A DNA stretch of 52,027 nt from Perkinsus olseni (lineage: Eukaryota): assembly GCA_013115125.1 (NCBI GenBank), contig JABANN010000034.1, forward strand, positions 62,001 through 114,027, in the 5' to 3' direction. The notes below the pieces were generated by a model. That model ran no database searches and was not told the DNA's origin. It saw only the letters and a program-made list of their open reading frames with translations. Below, piece by piece: positions 23,295-36,570 of this stretch. How positions within the stretch are numbered: position 1 is the first letter of the stretch; every line of letters begins with the position of its first letter. The position numbers and the translations under genes were made by a program.

Positions 23295-26010
23295 CTATAC
23301 CTTCTTGCATCGCTTTTCGGCCATCACAAGAACTTTGTCCCACTTCTGTTTGTTGCGACTGTCGGGCAAGCGCTGGTAGTTCCTGAAGACTCGCTGCTGC
23401 TCATCATGAACCTTCACAAACATGAAAGACGCACCTCACTAACGCTCCGTAAATCTGTTCGCATAGTTCCGTAGTGGGCGCCAAACGAAGTGCAGTGGAC
23501 ATGACGAAAACACCGTATCTGAGGCTCAAGTGCCACCATTATGGGAAAACTCCAGTGAACCTACGCGCTGTTCATAAGAGTTATCATGGCTGCATTTTGG
23601 CACGAGGTGTTTCCGTAGTCAATCAAGCGGTGGATCAGCATTACACCTGATAATGAAACATAATTTACTCGAGTAGAACCGGGTGAACAGCAGCCTGGCT
23701 TACGCATATCATCTGGTGAGACTTTGAGGGCTGTCTCAACAACATTAGATGCAAACTTGTGGATAGCCATCGATATGATACTTTCAGATATCTTCGTGAT
23801 GATGTCCGAACAAACTTCTGGGCCCTGGCAGTGGTGACGTGCCAATATCGACCGAGCAAACCATGCGACCCCTACCCAAATTTCCAAAGCGTGCTGAACA
23901 GCGTAGTTAGCATACGGATTCTCAACAAAGTACCTGACAAGATTGACAAGATATGATCCGAGCTCAGCCTGACTTCTAAGGACTCACTGTAGCTTGTTCA
24001 GCATCTTTGACTTGTATTTCTCTACGTATGAGCCATCACCGTACCACGGCGCATGAGATATGCACTTCTTCACAACACCAAGCCCGTTTGGGTCGCCTGA
24101 GTAAGCGGATCCGAGTTCTTTGAAATTCGCCACAGCCTCGACACCATACCAGCAAGAGCTTCCAAGTTCCTGTAAATATCGTCGAAAATGAAACCAAAAT
24201 CAGCCATAGGCAGATGGCTATATTCCTTGCCAGGCCCATCAGGGGTGCACTTGGTGATAGTTTGTTGTAGGACCTGAAGAGTCGCATATCGCGACCACCA
24301 ACCTTAGCTCAATGCCAGCGTTGTCTCACGTGAGTCGCATGAACATCTAAAGCCATCTTATTAACGTTGTCGTGGAGTGTCTCTGCCAGCAGTGCATGTT
24401 CTTGGGGAGTTTGCATACACGCTATCAATGCCTGCAATGATTACAGCGTCAAGAACACGGTGAGAGGCACAGAGCGGCGACCAACCTGAAGAGAGTGGGT
24501 TCCACGACGGTCTTGAGAGATATAGACTATGTTCTCCAGGACCTGACATCGACGAATCTGAACTGGCTAAAGGATCTGAGCACATCCACTCACATTGCGG
24601 AGCAAAGCAATCCTTTGTTCAGCTGAAGAAACCTGGAATAGCTGTTGGCACATATAGTTAGCATACGTATCACACATTATGCGTGATAACACCTGCAGAA
24701 AACAACCACCATGATGGCGAGTTGTATACTCAACAACGGGAGTTTAAGCCGAGAAGCCGAGAGACCTAGAAGAGCACTGCCCGAAAAGGGGAGACGAGGA
24801 GCGCAGACCGGACGCAAATCTACGCCAGGTAGGAATGCAGGCTATTCTCACAGAAAACGGACCACAGGCCACTTCAGCTTAGCGCACAGAGGATGAAAGC
24901 CGAAAATATCCGAAAATATTTACGATGGAAGCAAGAGTGATGAGGTCGTCACGTTGGACAAGAGCTAGACGATCGATTTCCTTACCGGTTGTATCTCATG
25001 GATGATAGCATCAATAAGCTTCTCCAGCTCCTCATGCGATCCCCCGTCCGCAGCACTAGCTGAGGTGTCCGAGATCAATTTCTGCAGGACACGACTGCCG
25101 CTACGATCCATGGCCATCTCGAGAATCTTGTCCCGTATCTAAGACCGATACCACACATGGCACATCATCCACAAACTCCACCGCAAGGGCCCACCTCATC
25201 CAAAGTGACACTGGGCGTGTTGTGATTGTGGCTCGCACCTCCTCCCTTCAGCTTTCCTCCAGTAGCGCCTGTGATGTGACACAGTCCATATCCTGACTCC
25301 GCACGAACGTCCTACTGCAAGGCGTCGTTGAAGTCCTCTGGGAAGCTGCGTCACTCGCAGCATAACCCGTATTGGACGACCCATGACGGAGGAGTATCGA
25401 AGGCCAAGGGCTCGAGCCACTGACGATACAACAGTAACAACCAAAACACGATTCAGTACTCTCTTACCTGCTACTACGATGACCCTGCGGAGTCGACACT
25501 TCGTCGGCGAGCATTTGACTGTACATTCTGCTGCTACTGCTGGCAGGGGGCCTCGAATGATACGCCGAATGAGCGTGAGAGAGACGAAAAATATCTAACC
25601 CAAGAAGAGGCGATGATCGAAGAACAAGCAAAACCAGACATCATACCCCGAGGTGTCCCTGAAGTCCCATCATTCTGCATCATCGAAGGGCTCGAACCCT
25701 GCGGACCTCCTCGACTCGATCCTGCCACCCTGTTTAGCTGGGGTGTGCTATATCCCACTCGAGTCTGGTCACTAGGGGTATTCGCGAGAGGCGAGGACAA
25801 CGATGACATCACCGGACTGCTCGCTATGTGACGAAACATACAAGAACTGAGGGAGACACAAGTTGCTGAGCGAGGGAAAATCGGAGGACCAACCTGTCAT
25901 AACTAGCTAATCCACCGTCTTGTAAATGAGATCCATTTGCCGGCGACACTGGCGACGACAGGACTCCACGCAAATAATAGTATCCATCATCCTGTGAATA
26001 AAGATGATGA

Positions 26011-26041
<31 letters not shown>

Positions 26042-27088
26042 GGTGGAGCTGGGAGCCCTCAAATGCGCGATAAGGCGAGGTAGTAGACGACACTGCATCG
26101 TAACCCGAAAACGGGGACCGGACGTCCGGAAGTGGGGCTGTTGCGGCCTGGAAGGATACGACTCACTAGAGCTAGGTAACTTCCGATGGCTCACCATTGG
26201 ATGTCCGCTCCCAGAGGCGCTCCACCCACCACCGGCGGCGGGAGGTGTACCAGGAGCCCAACGCCCTGGACCGACGGCACTAGCAGACGGCGTTCGAGAA
26301 GGAGCAGTCCCTCCTTGAAGGGACCTGTGAATGAGAGACACTCGACGATGCCATGCGCAGACAACTAACTTGCCTTTCAATGGACGCGATAGCGTGCCAG
26401 TCACTCGGTGAAGTGTTGGTACTACTGGCAACACCGGAGTTATTAGAGGGAGCCGTCACAGTAGAACCAGATGATGAGGTAAACACAGGACCACCATCAC
26501 CAACAGCACCACCACCGACTCGAAAACTGGACCCACTTGCCATACCAGGCATAATCCCCGGTGGACTGAGAAGGCAGTGAGATAGCGCGAGCGACCATCA
26601 GTTCTCACTACGCAATGAATCAAATCGCTCATCGCAAAAAAATCACGAAGACAGTCGGAATCGATGCAGGGAAATAGCGAGGAGGATAGTAGCCAAATAC
26701 GAAGAGCCTTGACGGTTCACTACGCTGTGCTGCCACTGTCATGTTGTTCACGACCACTAGTCCTCGTCAGAGAGCCTGCAGCTCCTGGAGCTCGAACGGG
26801 ACGATCGCTAGCCTTCGGTGTCCAGATCGACGCCTGCAGACCAGACAAATCCGTCGCCTGAAAAGAAGACTGAACATAAAAATACAGTGAAACGAGGTAA
26901 GATAGGCCAAGACGCGCACGCGTGCACCAGGATCATGATGTTGAACATCGCACTCACCATTGATGACAGAGGTGACTGTAGACCAGGCGGCCCGAACTGC
27001 TCTACCGCAGCCTGAGTGGGCGAGCCACTGCTGCTGTCTGATGAACGCTCGGTGCCGGCAAATATCTCACGAATAGAACTTGGAATCT
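23295..27088 (-). CDS. Pumilio/PUF RNA-binding protein with low-complexity, polyQ-containing N-terminus; 5' end unresolved
   Basis: Puf repeats across exons: ILEMAMDRSGSRVLQK, IVYISQDRRGTHSLQ, KMALDVHATHVLQ, DPNGLGVVKKCI, FVENPYANYAVQHAL, MAIHKFASNVVETAL, LMNSAYGVFVMSTAL. Upstream Ser/Gly/Pro-rich exons. Confidence 0.85.
26013..26042 (-). repeat. (CAA)10 microsatellite encoding polyQ in the PUF gene
   Basis: Ten TTG units on the + strand, giving LHQQQQQQQQQQHHH on the - strand. Confidence 0.9.
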
Positions 27089-28194
27089 GAGGAGAAAATC
27101 TCGATAACAGCTCTCATAGACGCAAAAATCAACCAATACGATTCATAACGAAGCGACTAAGTGCAAAAAGAACGGAAATACGAGGCACATGATGTGAAAC
27201 GACGAATAAGTGCTAATGGTGGAGTAGACGACGAGAAAACAGACTCGGACGAAACAGCCAAAAGCGATAAATAACAAGCGGAAGGGCCTTCGAGACGAAC
27301 CTCGATAGTATGGGACATAATGGTGTCAATGTTAGCCGAGTGATTGAAGAGAATAGAGGGACGTTTGGCTACCGACGAGGGAGATAAATACACAACTGCA
27401 AGGAGAGGAGCACGTGACAAGGACCCAACTTCAGAGGGCAGCCTCATTGAAAGGGCTGAGCTAAATCCCTTGTGGAGCAGTGTCAACAGGGAGCGTCTCA
27501 GCATCTACCATACTAGTAGAAGGCAGAGGCAGACAGAAGAGGGTTATTGAGAACGCCGGGTAAATCCATAGCTGGTGATGTAGCTGAGAAACGCGGAAGT
27601 CGGCTACGATAGGGCTTCCTCTGGGCTCAGTGGCGACCTGTCGTCAAAGGTTGATGGTAGAGAGGGCCTCTGAGGGTTATGGAGGGGTCATACCACCCCT
27701 GAGAGATGGGGTATTACTTCGATTGACGGGCCAACAAAGCACGAGATGATGGACAGTTTGAACGGAAACACTGTTTGTGGCGCGGAGAGATGACGTAAGT
27801 TTTCAAGATTCTAGCTTCCTTCACGCAAGATACAATTTGGGCGCGCGCTAAGTAACTTGCGCTCTATGCAGCGTTTTTAGCCAATCGTCATTCTTTTGGA
27901 ACCGATGCCCTTTGCTCGTCATGGATGGGGGTAATGCTGCTCCGCTATTCTTTCTCAGTTTCCTTGCCCCTTGCGCTTCTTTTATTCCCATTCACTCAGT
28001 TTTCTACGTCACGGCGCCACGGAATACGACGGAAAAATGAGATGAGGTGTAATAAATGTCGGTGGGCCCTTCAGGATTTATGATCTATCCTTCACGATGG
28101 ATAGTCTCCGCATTGAATGCCGGTCGCTGTTTCGTAAACTAGTGTAACGCAACACAGAGGGATGTTGAGGAAACAATGGGGGTAACAACAATGA

Positions 28195-29952
28195 TCACCA
28201 CTCGTCATCATCATCGTCATCAGCAACGCCCCAGCCAGACTGAATGCAACAGGATCCAGAGGGCTCACGCTGAGAACGCCGCTCACCCGTTGCGGTCCAC
28301 CGCGCCCCTTGTTCTTCCGCCGACCCTTGATGATAGGCTCGCCCTAAAAAGTACAACAGTTCTTGGTAATTACGGAGGGCTCCACCTACCGTCCCGATCA
28401 AGCCAATGCTTGGCCCTCCCAAAGGACAGATGGCATTAGAGCGAGCATCTTGGAGACTGAAGTCCGGATAGGAGAATGTTAGTTCCCACTCCCCAGCGTT
28501 GTATCTGACCATGGGCCATGCTCCCTTCGCTTCACCACCGAGATCCTTTCACCTGTACATCCCTATCATCCCGTTTCGCACAACGATTCTTCTCTCGGCC
28601 GTTGGCGTGTCGTCAAATTCCGCCAAGAGCTCCTCGAAGGCAATACCGACGAGAGTATCGGCCTGGCAGATCAGGATTCCTTCAAAGGCTCACTGCCGTT
28701 CACTACCTCTGCCCCCGTTAAAGTCCCCTTAGCTGTCATCTCTTCCATGACACCTCGTAAGCCTTGAATCAAAGAGCATCGCTCCGCTAGATATTTACCC
28801 TCTTTGGGCGGGTTCATTGACCAACCTTCATTACGAGACGACGATGATGGGGAGGATGGTGGAGCACTCATCGTTGGACCGAAGAAGCACTGTCATATGA
28901 GAGTGAGCATAACGTCAGGACGATCAGGTGTCAGCTAGACAAACATGCGGAACAAGAGGCGAACATGAGCAAGGAGCCGTCGACGAGTTGCTGCAACTGC
29001 AGCGAGGACTCAGAGACAAAATGAAGCAGTTGGGATTCGCTATCGCCACCAGGCACCCCGCGGTCAAGACCCCCCCCTCAGTAAACTCGATCAACACCTC
29101 TTGGGCGCTATCAGCTGTACAGCTTTTGTTATGATCCATGAAATCACCGTCTGAACGTACGACCTTGATTGAATTGTAGAAGGTTGGTCGCCGACTTGGT
29201 AGTGCCTGCATTACGCTGTAAACTGAACCTGAGCACGACTCTCCTCTCTGACCGCCGTGCCTCCACTCACGTGGATCCAACACCACAGTCATATCCTCGC
29301 TCCGATGCCAAAGCAGCGCTAGTAAATTTAGATGTGGTCGCCTTGAGGCCCCCCGTGGCTCTTCGCGTCGATTCCCGCATGCCACCAACCAGATATCGGA
29401 ATTGGCCGTTTACTAAGCCCAGTTGGCGCTCCAGATTGGTGGCCAACGCCTCCCGATGAGTCTTGTCGGACTCCAAGATTTTCATCTGTCGATTGAGCCG
29501 GGCGATCGCTTCGTTTGTCTTCGACAGTTGATCCTTCTTGATGGCCACCTCCTCGATCGCCATGTCACGTCGTTTGCGGTAGTTAACGACGGACTCAAAC
29601 AAGGCATCAACCTTCTGCTGGAAAACTTTACAGTTCTTGCCCGCCTCTCGGAGTTTTGTCTAAAGCAGCAGCGTATCACACACTGCTAGGTTCGTCCAGA
29701 GCTGTCGATGACTCGACGACGGACCATACCCAGCGCACGACGAAGAAACGAATTCCGACAGCGCGTATGCGTACCAGTCGCCATCAGCTGAACTGGACGT
29801 CCCACGAGAGCCATGGCCAAACATACTAGCCAAGTTACATTTCCTGATAGCTCTATCAAATCTTTCTCCAGAGAGGGGGGCCCTATCACCTGTAACGCTG
29901 CGGCTTCCTCGGCCGTTAGAGGCGCCTCCTTATCACGGGACGCCGCTGACAT
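28195..29952 (-). CDS. Hypothetical coiled-coil protein, multi-exon, acidic C-terminus
   Basis: Heptad-rich exon (KVFQQKVDALFESVVNYRKRRDMAIEEVAIKKDQLSKTNEAIARLNRQMKILE...) and a terminal exon ending ...NYQELLYFLG...DDDDDDEW-stop; GT-AG bounded segments. Confidence 0.6.
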
Positions 29953-30172
29953 CGTTTACCGAGTGCCAAACTGCCCTCGTCCCGCCTACTATGATGAACT
30001 CAAGCATATGATCACACTCTCTGTCCAGAAGCGATTAACCGTAGATACAACAGCAACAAGCAGCAGGCTACTACTAATGATACAGTAACTGAGTCTTCGC
30101 CATCATCATCAACACCATCACTCCGAGTAATCGTTCAAAAGGCCTCATAAAGGCACCAACTACGAGTAAACG

Positions 30173-32921
30173 TTAACTTCGACTAGCCACCCAAACCTGC
30201 GCCTCTCCTGTGACACCGTCGTTGCCCAGCACCAGCAGGTCATCATCTCTATACGCACAGTCCTTCAAGTCAAGATTGTCGCTCGATATGGGTCCGGTGA
30301 AGTTAGATGCTCCCGACCAAACGCCTCGACTCGTCCAAGTGAGCAGCTCACCCTTGTCTGTCACCACAGCCGCTGCCCCATCAGATGAGCCACATGCTCC
30401 CACGGGCTTGCCGGACACCAAGTCGTAGGGCACGTGCAATTGGGACGTCCTCACGCCGTTAACGCTACGATACACATTGCCGCTGTTAACCGAGTACTTC
30501 ACATTTTGAACACCCACGTCAGCAGGCTCATCGTGCAGTCGACCACCGATAGCAGGGAATGACCACTTGTTATTGAACTCATCGCCTAGTATCAAACTAG
30601 AGTCCACCACATCTACTGTAGTCGGGTAGAAGAACGGGCCAGGCTCTAGGAGATTGAGTCGGCTACTCTCGAAGGTGACACAGGAGTCCTCCAACCTACG
30701 ATGCTCCTCCTCGCCACCCTCTTCCACCAAGCCAGCCTTATTGTTCCACCCCCAGCTTGTTGCGCCAGCAGCTACAGCGCAGGTGTAACCCACACCGAAG
30801 AGCCATAGGGCGGCCACAACGGCACCACCGGCCTTGTAGATCCTCCAAGGCAGTATCTTAGCCTTTGCGGAATTCTCACGGAAGGTCTTAGTCAGGCTTG
30901 GCTTCTCCTCTGCTTGCAGAGCTCGACCCATAGCCAGTGCATCAGCCTCACGCGTGATACCGCGGCCAATGCGGTAGGGCGCACCGGAGCTGGTACTTCC
31001 ACTATTGGGGACAGCAGTAGAGGAAGACGATGATGCTTGGGAGCCTTCTGGGATGGAGCTGAGAGATCGTCCCAACTCCCTCGTCTTCTGCTTGTGGATC
31101 TTCTGAGCTAACTTCACCGAGCCGGTCTGACGAGAACAGCAATCGACCGAAGTAGGAATCGGTTCGCGGCAGGAGCTTACCTGTGGAATGAGCTCGGAGA
31201 CCGGCGCCTCTTGTTTGGTCACCGTGTCCATGTGCCTCATCTTGCGTTGCTTCTGTTCCTCATCCAAGCCGAGGACGTCGATCGACATTATCATCGAGAA
31301 CTTGGTCGGGAGATCTCCATCCGGTTCAAGGCCTGGAAAAGCAATCCAACTCACGCTCATACAAAGAGGACTTAGGTCTCGAGTCTGAGAGGCCAACATC
31401 CGAAGTCTGGGAAGAGCCAAAGACACACGAGGAAGTCTCTACTAAAGGCATCCCGCACCCACCCAGGCTGATGAAGTAGCCGATGAACAAGAAGTGGAGG
31501 AAGTAGATGATGGGTGTGAGGATGTTGACCGTCTCTATCCAGCCCTCATGATCTCCAGGAACCCCTCTCTCCATTCTAATACGATAAGTGATGTCGAATG
31601 TGGCAGCAAAGCCGGCTAGGATGGGACCTGAAACAAAGAGGACGTAACGACTGCTGAGGACTCCTTCTCCTCCCGGTGTACCGGAGACTTGCAATAGAGT
31701 CAGACTCCAATGCTCCAGAGGTGACAGGAGGAGGTTCATTCTCTCATGGATGAGGTCGAAGGTGAGCATGAGGAGGATGAAGATCCACGGACCCCAGAAG
31801 TTGTAGGCAATGAAGTAGAACATGAGCCCCATGTAACTGAGGAAGCGGCATCAAGGCAGCCCTGCGCTTACAACTATCGGTCGAGCTTCTGATGACGCGA
31901 CCAGCTATCCCACTTACCAGAGCACGTTGACGAGCTGGTTAGTTCCAAGAACCATGAATACTCGGGCATACGCGTCGAACCCTTGCCAATGCTCCTTAAG
32001 GCGGTTAAACAAATAGAAGTGCTCTACGAAGATGTTGTAGTCCGTAGCGATGTCCCTGCAAAAGGGAAGTAGGACCATATCCTCTCCCAAAGGATCCTAC
32101 TCGGTCGCCGCATTGCTTTCGAGGATCTTCGGAGCCGCCTCTCGAAGCTCCTTATCCTCCTTAGCCCGAGCTCCCTTCACCGGCATGAAACTGAGTAGGT
32201 CAGACTCATCGACGCCACACACCAGTTGCCGATCCTACTTGGACACGACCGGTATCCTAAACATAGTATCGAGGCCCTTCCGTTCGTAGTTCCTGAGGTC
32301 CGCGCATGCTGAGTTGATCTGCTCCTGGCCGGGGACGGGCAGACGCATCCATTGTGTCAACAGACGCACGGCGAAGGTCTGCGGTGAGAAGAAATACAAA
32401 GCTATTCGGGAGACGTTGAGATGGTCCAACCTGTGCTGTGATAGATGCGTGGATGGAGAACCAGATGGACATAACCAGAAAGAATACAGCACTGGCCAGG
32501 TTGAGGGCCCACAGGAAGATCAGCCATGACGGGGTTCCCTCCTCAGGCCTGAGACACTCTTACTACAAACCAACGCCTACAGTCGGCAGCTGCTGCACCC
32601 ACGTTTTGGCTTCATAGTAGAAACCCATGACGAATCCCAGAGTGAGGGTGTTGATAACGAGATAGTTATCCATCTTGCCGATGGTCAGCTCGAAGAGGTC
32701 TCTAAGATCCTCTCGATACAGTTGCACCTGCAAAGGACCATCAGACAACCGACTCTCCACTCAAACCACATGACCGAGATGCTCACCTGGTTGACCCTCA
32801 GCTTCTGTAACTGGAAGATACGTTCCTGATTGAGTTCTCGATTGTACTGGTAGGTCTCCCTATTATACATGAACAGCTCGCCGAGGCCTCCCAGTACGGC
32901 AGCTACTTCTACGAACACCAT
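30173..32921 (-). CDS. Polytopic membrane protein, paralog A (Orai-like N-terminal TM pair, further TMs, C-terminal ectodomain)
   Basis: MVFVEVAAVLGGLGELFMYNRE...QLYREDLRDLFELTIGKMDNYLVINTLTLGFVMGFYYE; TM2 WLIFLWALNLASAVFFLVMSIWFSIHASITAQ; LLTQWMRLPVP; HWQGFDAYARVFMVLGTNQL plus about 4 more hydrophobic helices; PWRIYKAGGAVVAALWLFGV. Collinear with paralog B. Confidence 0.8.
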
Positions 32922-33291
32922 GGCGGTAACCTCAGTAGCAAAACGGGGAGGAAAGGACTGTCCAGAAGAGCAATCGGGAGGCGATACCAAAGGGGCCCGG
33001 CAGTTACTCAACATCTGATGGCAGTGGAAAGAACCACCCACACAAGTGAAGGACCCGTGAAGGACATAGCAGCCCGGAGCTGCCGCATCTAATGCAAGCA
33101 AAATGGGTAAGGATTATACGAGAAGGTCATCGTAGTGGTAGTGCAGGTCGTCGTAGCGGAAGAAGAAATGTACTCAAGTATTCGTACAGTGGGGACGTAA
33201 CGGTAGCAGCTAGTCACAATGGAACAACACAAGTGGGAAGAGGAGAAGGGTGAATCTCCCACTTCAAGCTTCGATACCACTCTAGACATCA

Positions 33292-36200
33292 TCACTCATT
33301 CTCTACAGCTGTCCTCGTAAGGAGGTATGGGTCAACGAAGAACTCTCTGGCGACCACCGCTTCACGAGTATGCTTGTCATAGCCCAACAGGGAGCCTTCA
33401 CAGGCCGACACCCACTCAATGTCAGCGCCTTCTGTACCAGGGATCTCAGCTCGGCCTAGGAACCTCCCCGAGACCATAGACCACAGATCGATCTCAGAGT
33501 TCGGAAGCAACACATAAGCATTCTCATCTGCTGTATGGACCGACACAGCGTTGGGATACTTCGCTGCACCCGGGTACCAATGCGAGCTCTTACCGCTGTT
33601 GAAGTAGATCTGAGCGTCATCTCGGGAAATGGCAACCCAGGCCCCCGCTGCGGACTCCGCAATGAGCCTTGGCTGAGGAGCGGACTCGGCAGCAAGCAGC
33701 ACTTCATTACCGCTGGCACACTCGATAACCCTACCACCCGACAGGACGGCGAGCTCGTCGTTCCGCAGAATGAGGGCATCATCAATCACTGAACTCGTAA
33801 GACCACACTTGCGTGTGACCGCCGAACTGAGGAGCCTCGAACCCAGCAAGTCCGCTGTATAAACCTCACTGGTCGAACGGCATGCAATGGAGGAGGGAGA
33901 GTAGAAGGCAGCACCGTCCAGAAGCGCCGGGGTGGCATAGGATACAGGAGAGCTGAGCAAGTGACGGTTGATGCCTTCCCTGACCGCTGCATTGCGGTCC
34001 CCGGTAGTATCTATCTTGGCGATCTCGAGGGCTGTGTCAACTATGGCACCACACCAACAGAGGAGGGAGACGATACTGCCAAAGTTAGTCATCTGAGTTA
34101 GAGGCAACATCATGCATAAGCACAAGTCACTACGACGACCACCACTATTACCCTTAATGGCATCCTCGACCGTGCCTTATTGAAGCGGTTATCCTCAAGC
34201 AAGTGGAAGCCCTTAGTCTTCTGGACCTCCTTATAAGCCTTCACCTTCTGCTCGTATTCATCCAGCTCCTCAGGGATGAGGGAGAGGCCTCGGGCTCGGC
34301 CCTGGTGGTACGAAAGAGTGGAAATTCCACAGCTGTAGCGATCCCACTACCTGTAACGCTTCATCGGGCATGTCCCACTGCACCTCCCCGGTATCACAAT
34401 TGAGGTGATAGGGCATAGTCTGCCCCTCCTCATCAACATACTCGAGCCTGATCCATCCCTCCCTAGGCTGGAATGGAGTACCAGGAGTGCAGTCCCCTCG
34501 GCCCTGCTCAGCTCGGACGGCTCCTGCTAGGGCTTTCCGTTGAGTAGCGAATTCACCCTTCAGCTGTTCCAACTCCCGAAGCTCCTACAAAGGGACTAGT
34601 GAAAGACGGTGAGCGTCACGACGACAAGAGCCCTCACCCCATCACTGAGCTGCTTCTGCTCCTTCTCCGTCTCCCAATGCCTGAAAAGCCTCCCCAAACT
34701 CCTCTCAGTCGCCTTGCACTGCCTTCGGAGATCCTCAGAAATATCAGGATGATAGCCTTTCTTCGGGTTCTTGAAGTTAATCTTGTCGCTGGCGGGACCG
34801 TACGTGTTGAGCGGACCGTCTTCGGGGAAGCTCGGCAGATTCAAGTGCCTGTGGAATCGTCCTTTTCACCCGTCCAATCATACCGCCACCTCACCCTGCG
34901 TGCATGTGCTTAGGCTGAGCCAGAGGCTCGGCAACTTCCTCCATGGTCTCAACACCGAAGCCCATCACATCAATGCACCATACTGTCGAGAACTTCACGG
35001 GCAGGCCCTTGGAATCAGGCTTGCACAGGTAACTGAGCGGAGACCGTGCAAGTCTCCCACAAAATGAGAGTTCGTCAACAAAACGAAAAGCAGAACCTCG
35101 CACCTGAATTCGCGATTCCTCAAGAGTACTACATAAAGAAGGCCTGCCAGCCGCCCGCTAGTATGACCGCCACAAGGCCAGTGATGGCTCCACCGAACTC
35201 CGTGATGGCATACGTGTCCTCCTTCTGTACCGCGTTGACGTACAGAGCCGTATCAATGGATTGCAGGGCGAGTGGTACAAATAGTAGGAATAACTACACA
35301 CGAACGATGAACCGGCGGCGCCAAGAGAAGCGTGGTAACGCTTACCATGACCATATTCTCCCGGGGCGTGAGAAGTGCATTAATCTGCATGTGGATGAAA
35401 GCGGCGGTGAAGCAACAGATGGTGTACGCATAGGCCGCCCATGGCTGGTTGAAGAAGACTCCATAGTAGGCCAGAGAGAAATAAGACATGGCAGTAAGCA
35501 ACTGATTGGTACCTGCAAGAAGGGAAATGGCGAGGTGAAGGGATGGAGTCCAGGGAGCATCATCACCCCAACACATGCAGACTCTAGCGAAGGCCTCATG
35601 GCATTGCCACTTCTTATGCATCATGTTGAAGAGGTTAAAGTGGGCCAAGAACACCTCCCAATCCGTTGTCAGATCAGCAACACCCTAAAATGCAAGAACC
35701 GTGCAAACGTCAAGACTCCACCAAGATCACACCGATATAATCGCACAGAGGGGACGGCTGTTCGAGTTCCCGACTGCCCTACCCTATTCGGTCTGTTCTT
35801 ATTGGCTAGACTGGAAGGCTGAGTCCTCAAGTCCTTGGGGAGATCATGACCATACTTCCGCCCTTGCTCGAATACAATAGGCACACGGAGCATGGACACA
35901 ACACCGCTGGCTGAGGGGATACGCACAACGTGAACGATTTGTACGGGGCTCTCTTAATACCTTCATAATCCTTCAATCGCGAAGCAGCATCTGCAATCTC
36001 TTGGGCGCTGGGGACTGGAAGCCTCAACCATTGGGTGAGGGCACGGACAGAGAACACTTGGGCATTCACAGAGGCATGCAAGGCAAACCAGAGCGAGAAT
36101 AGGAGAAATATGATCGACGTGCCTGAGCAACACTCGACCTCCTACTCCCGCGGTACAAACGCCTGCCGTCCACCACAAGATACCAAGTTCAATTCCCATC

Positions 36201-36570
36201 CTCCCCACCTTTACTACCAAGTGATATCGCATATGCCCAGAATAGGAAGTTCTGCGTCGGTGATGGTATACGTCCTTTGTAGAACATCTCAATGCACCAT
36301 ACCAGTAGGATAGTACTCACAGTCTGATGAAGGGCAAAGCAACATCTACAGGAGAGCTCCAACGCCATCCAGTCTTACCGCGTAGTTATCCATCTTTCCG
36401 ATAGTAAGGCCGAACAAATCGTGAAGATCCTCTCGATAGAGGTCGACCTGTCTAACACGCATCTTCTGCTGCTGGTAAAGATTCTTCTGTCGCAGCTCAT
36501 TATTGAACTTCCAATTTTCTCGATTGTACGAGAACAGCTCTCCACCAGCCTCCTTCGCAAACTCAGCCAT
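33292..36570 (-). CDS. Polytopic membrane protein, paralog B, with an internal WW-like domain
   Basis: MAEFAKEAGGELFSYNRE...DLYREDLHDLFGLTIGKMDNYA|TVSTILLVWCIEMFYK; AYAISL|GTSIIFLLFSLWFALHASVNAQ; LTQWLRLPVP; KWQCHEAFARVCMCW|GTNQL; WW-like EGWIRLEYVDEEGQTMPYHLNCDTGEVQWDMP; last TM then a beta-rich ectodomain. Confidence 0.8.

Noticed and set aside
23512-23530. accgtatctgaggctcaag resembles the Perkinsus spliced leader (ACCGTAGCCATCT(T)GGCTCAAG)
   Set aside because: The match needs indels and lies antisense across a PUF intron/exon junction (cctcag|ATACGGT), which explains the sequence. No SL-RNA context follows.
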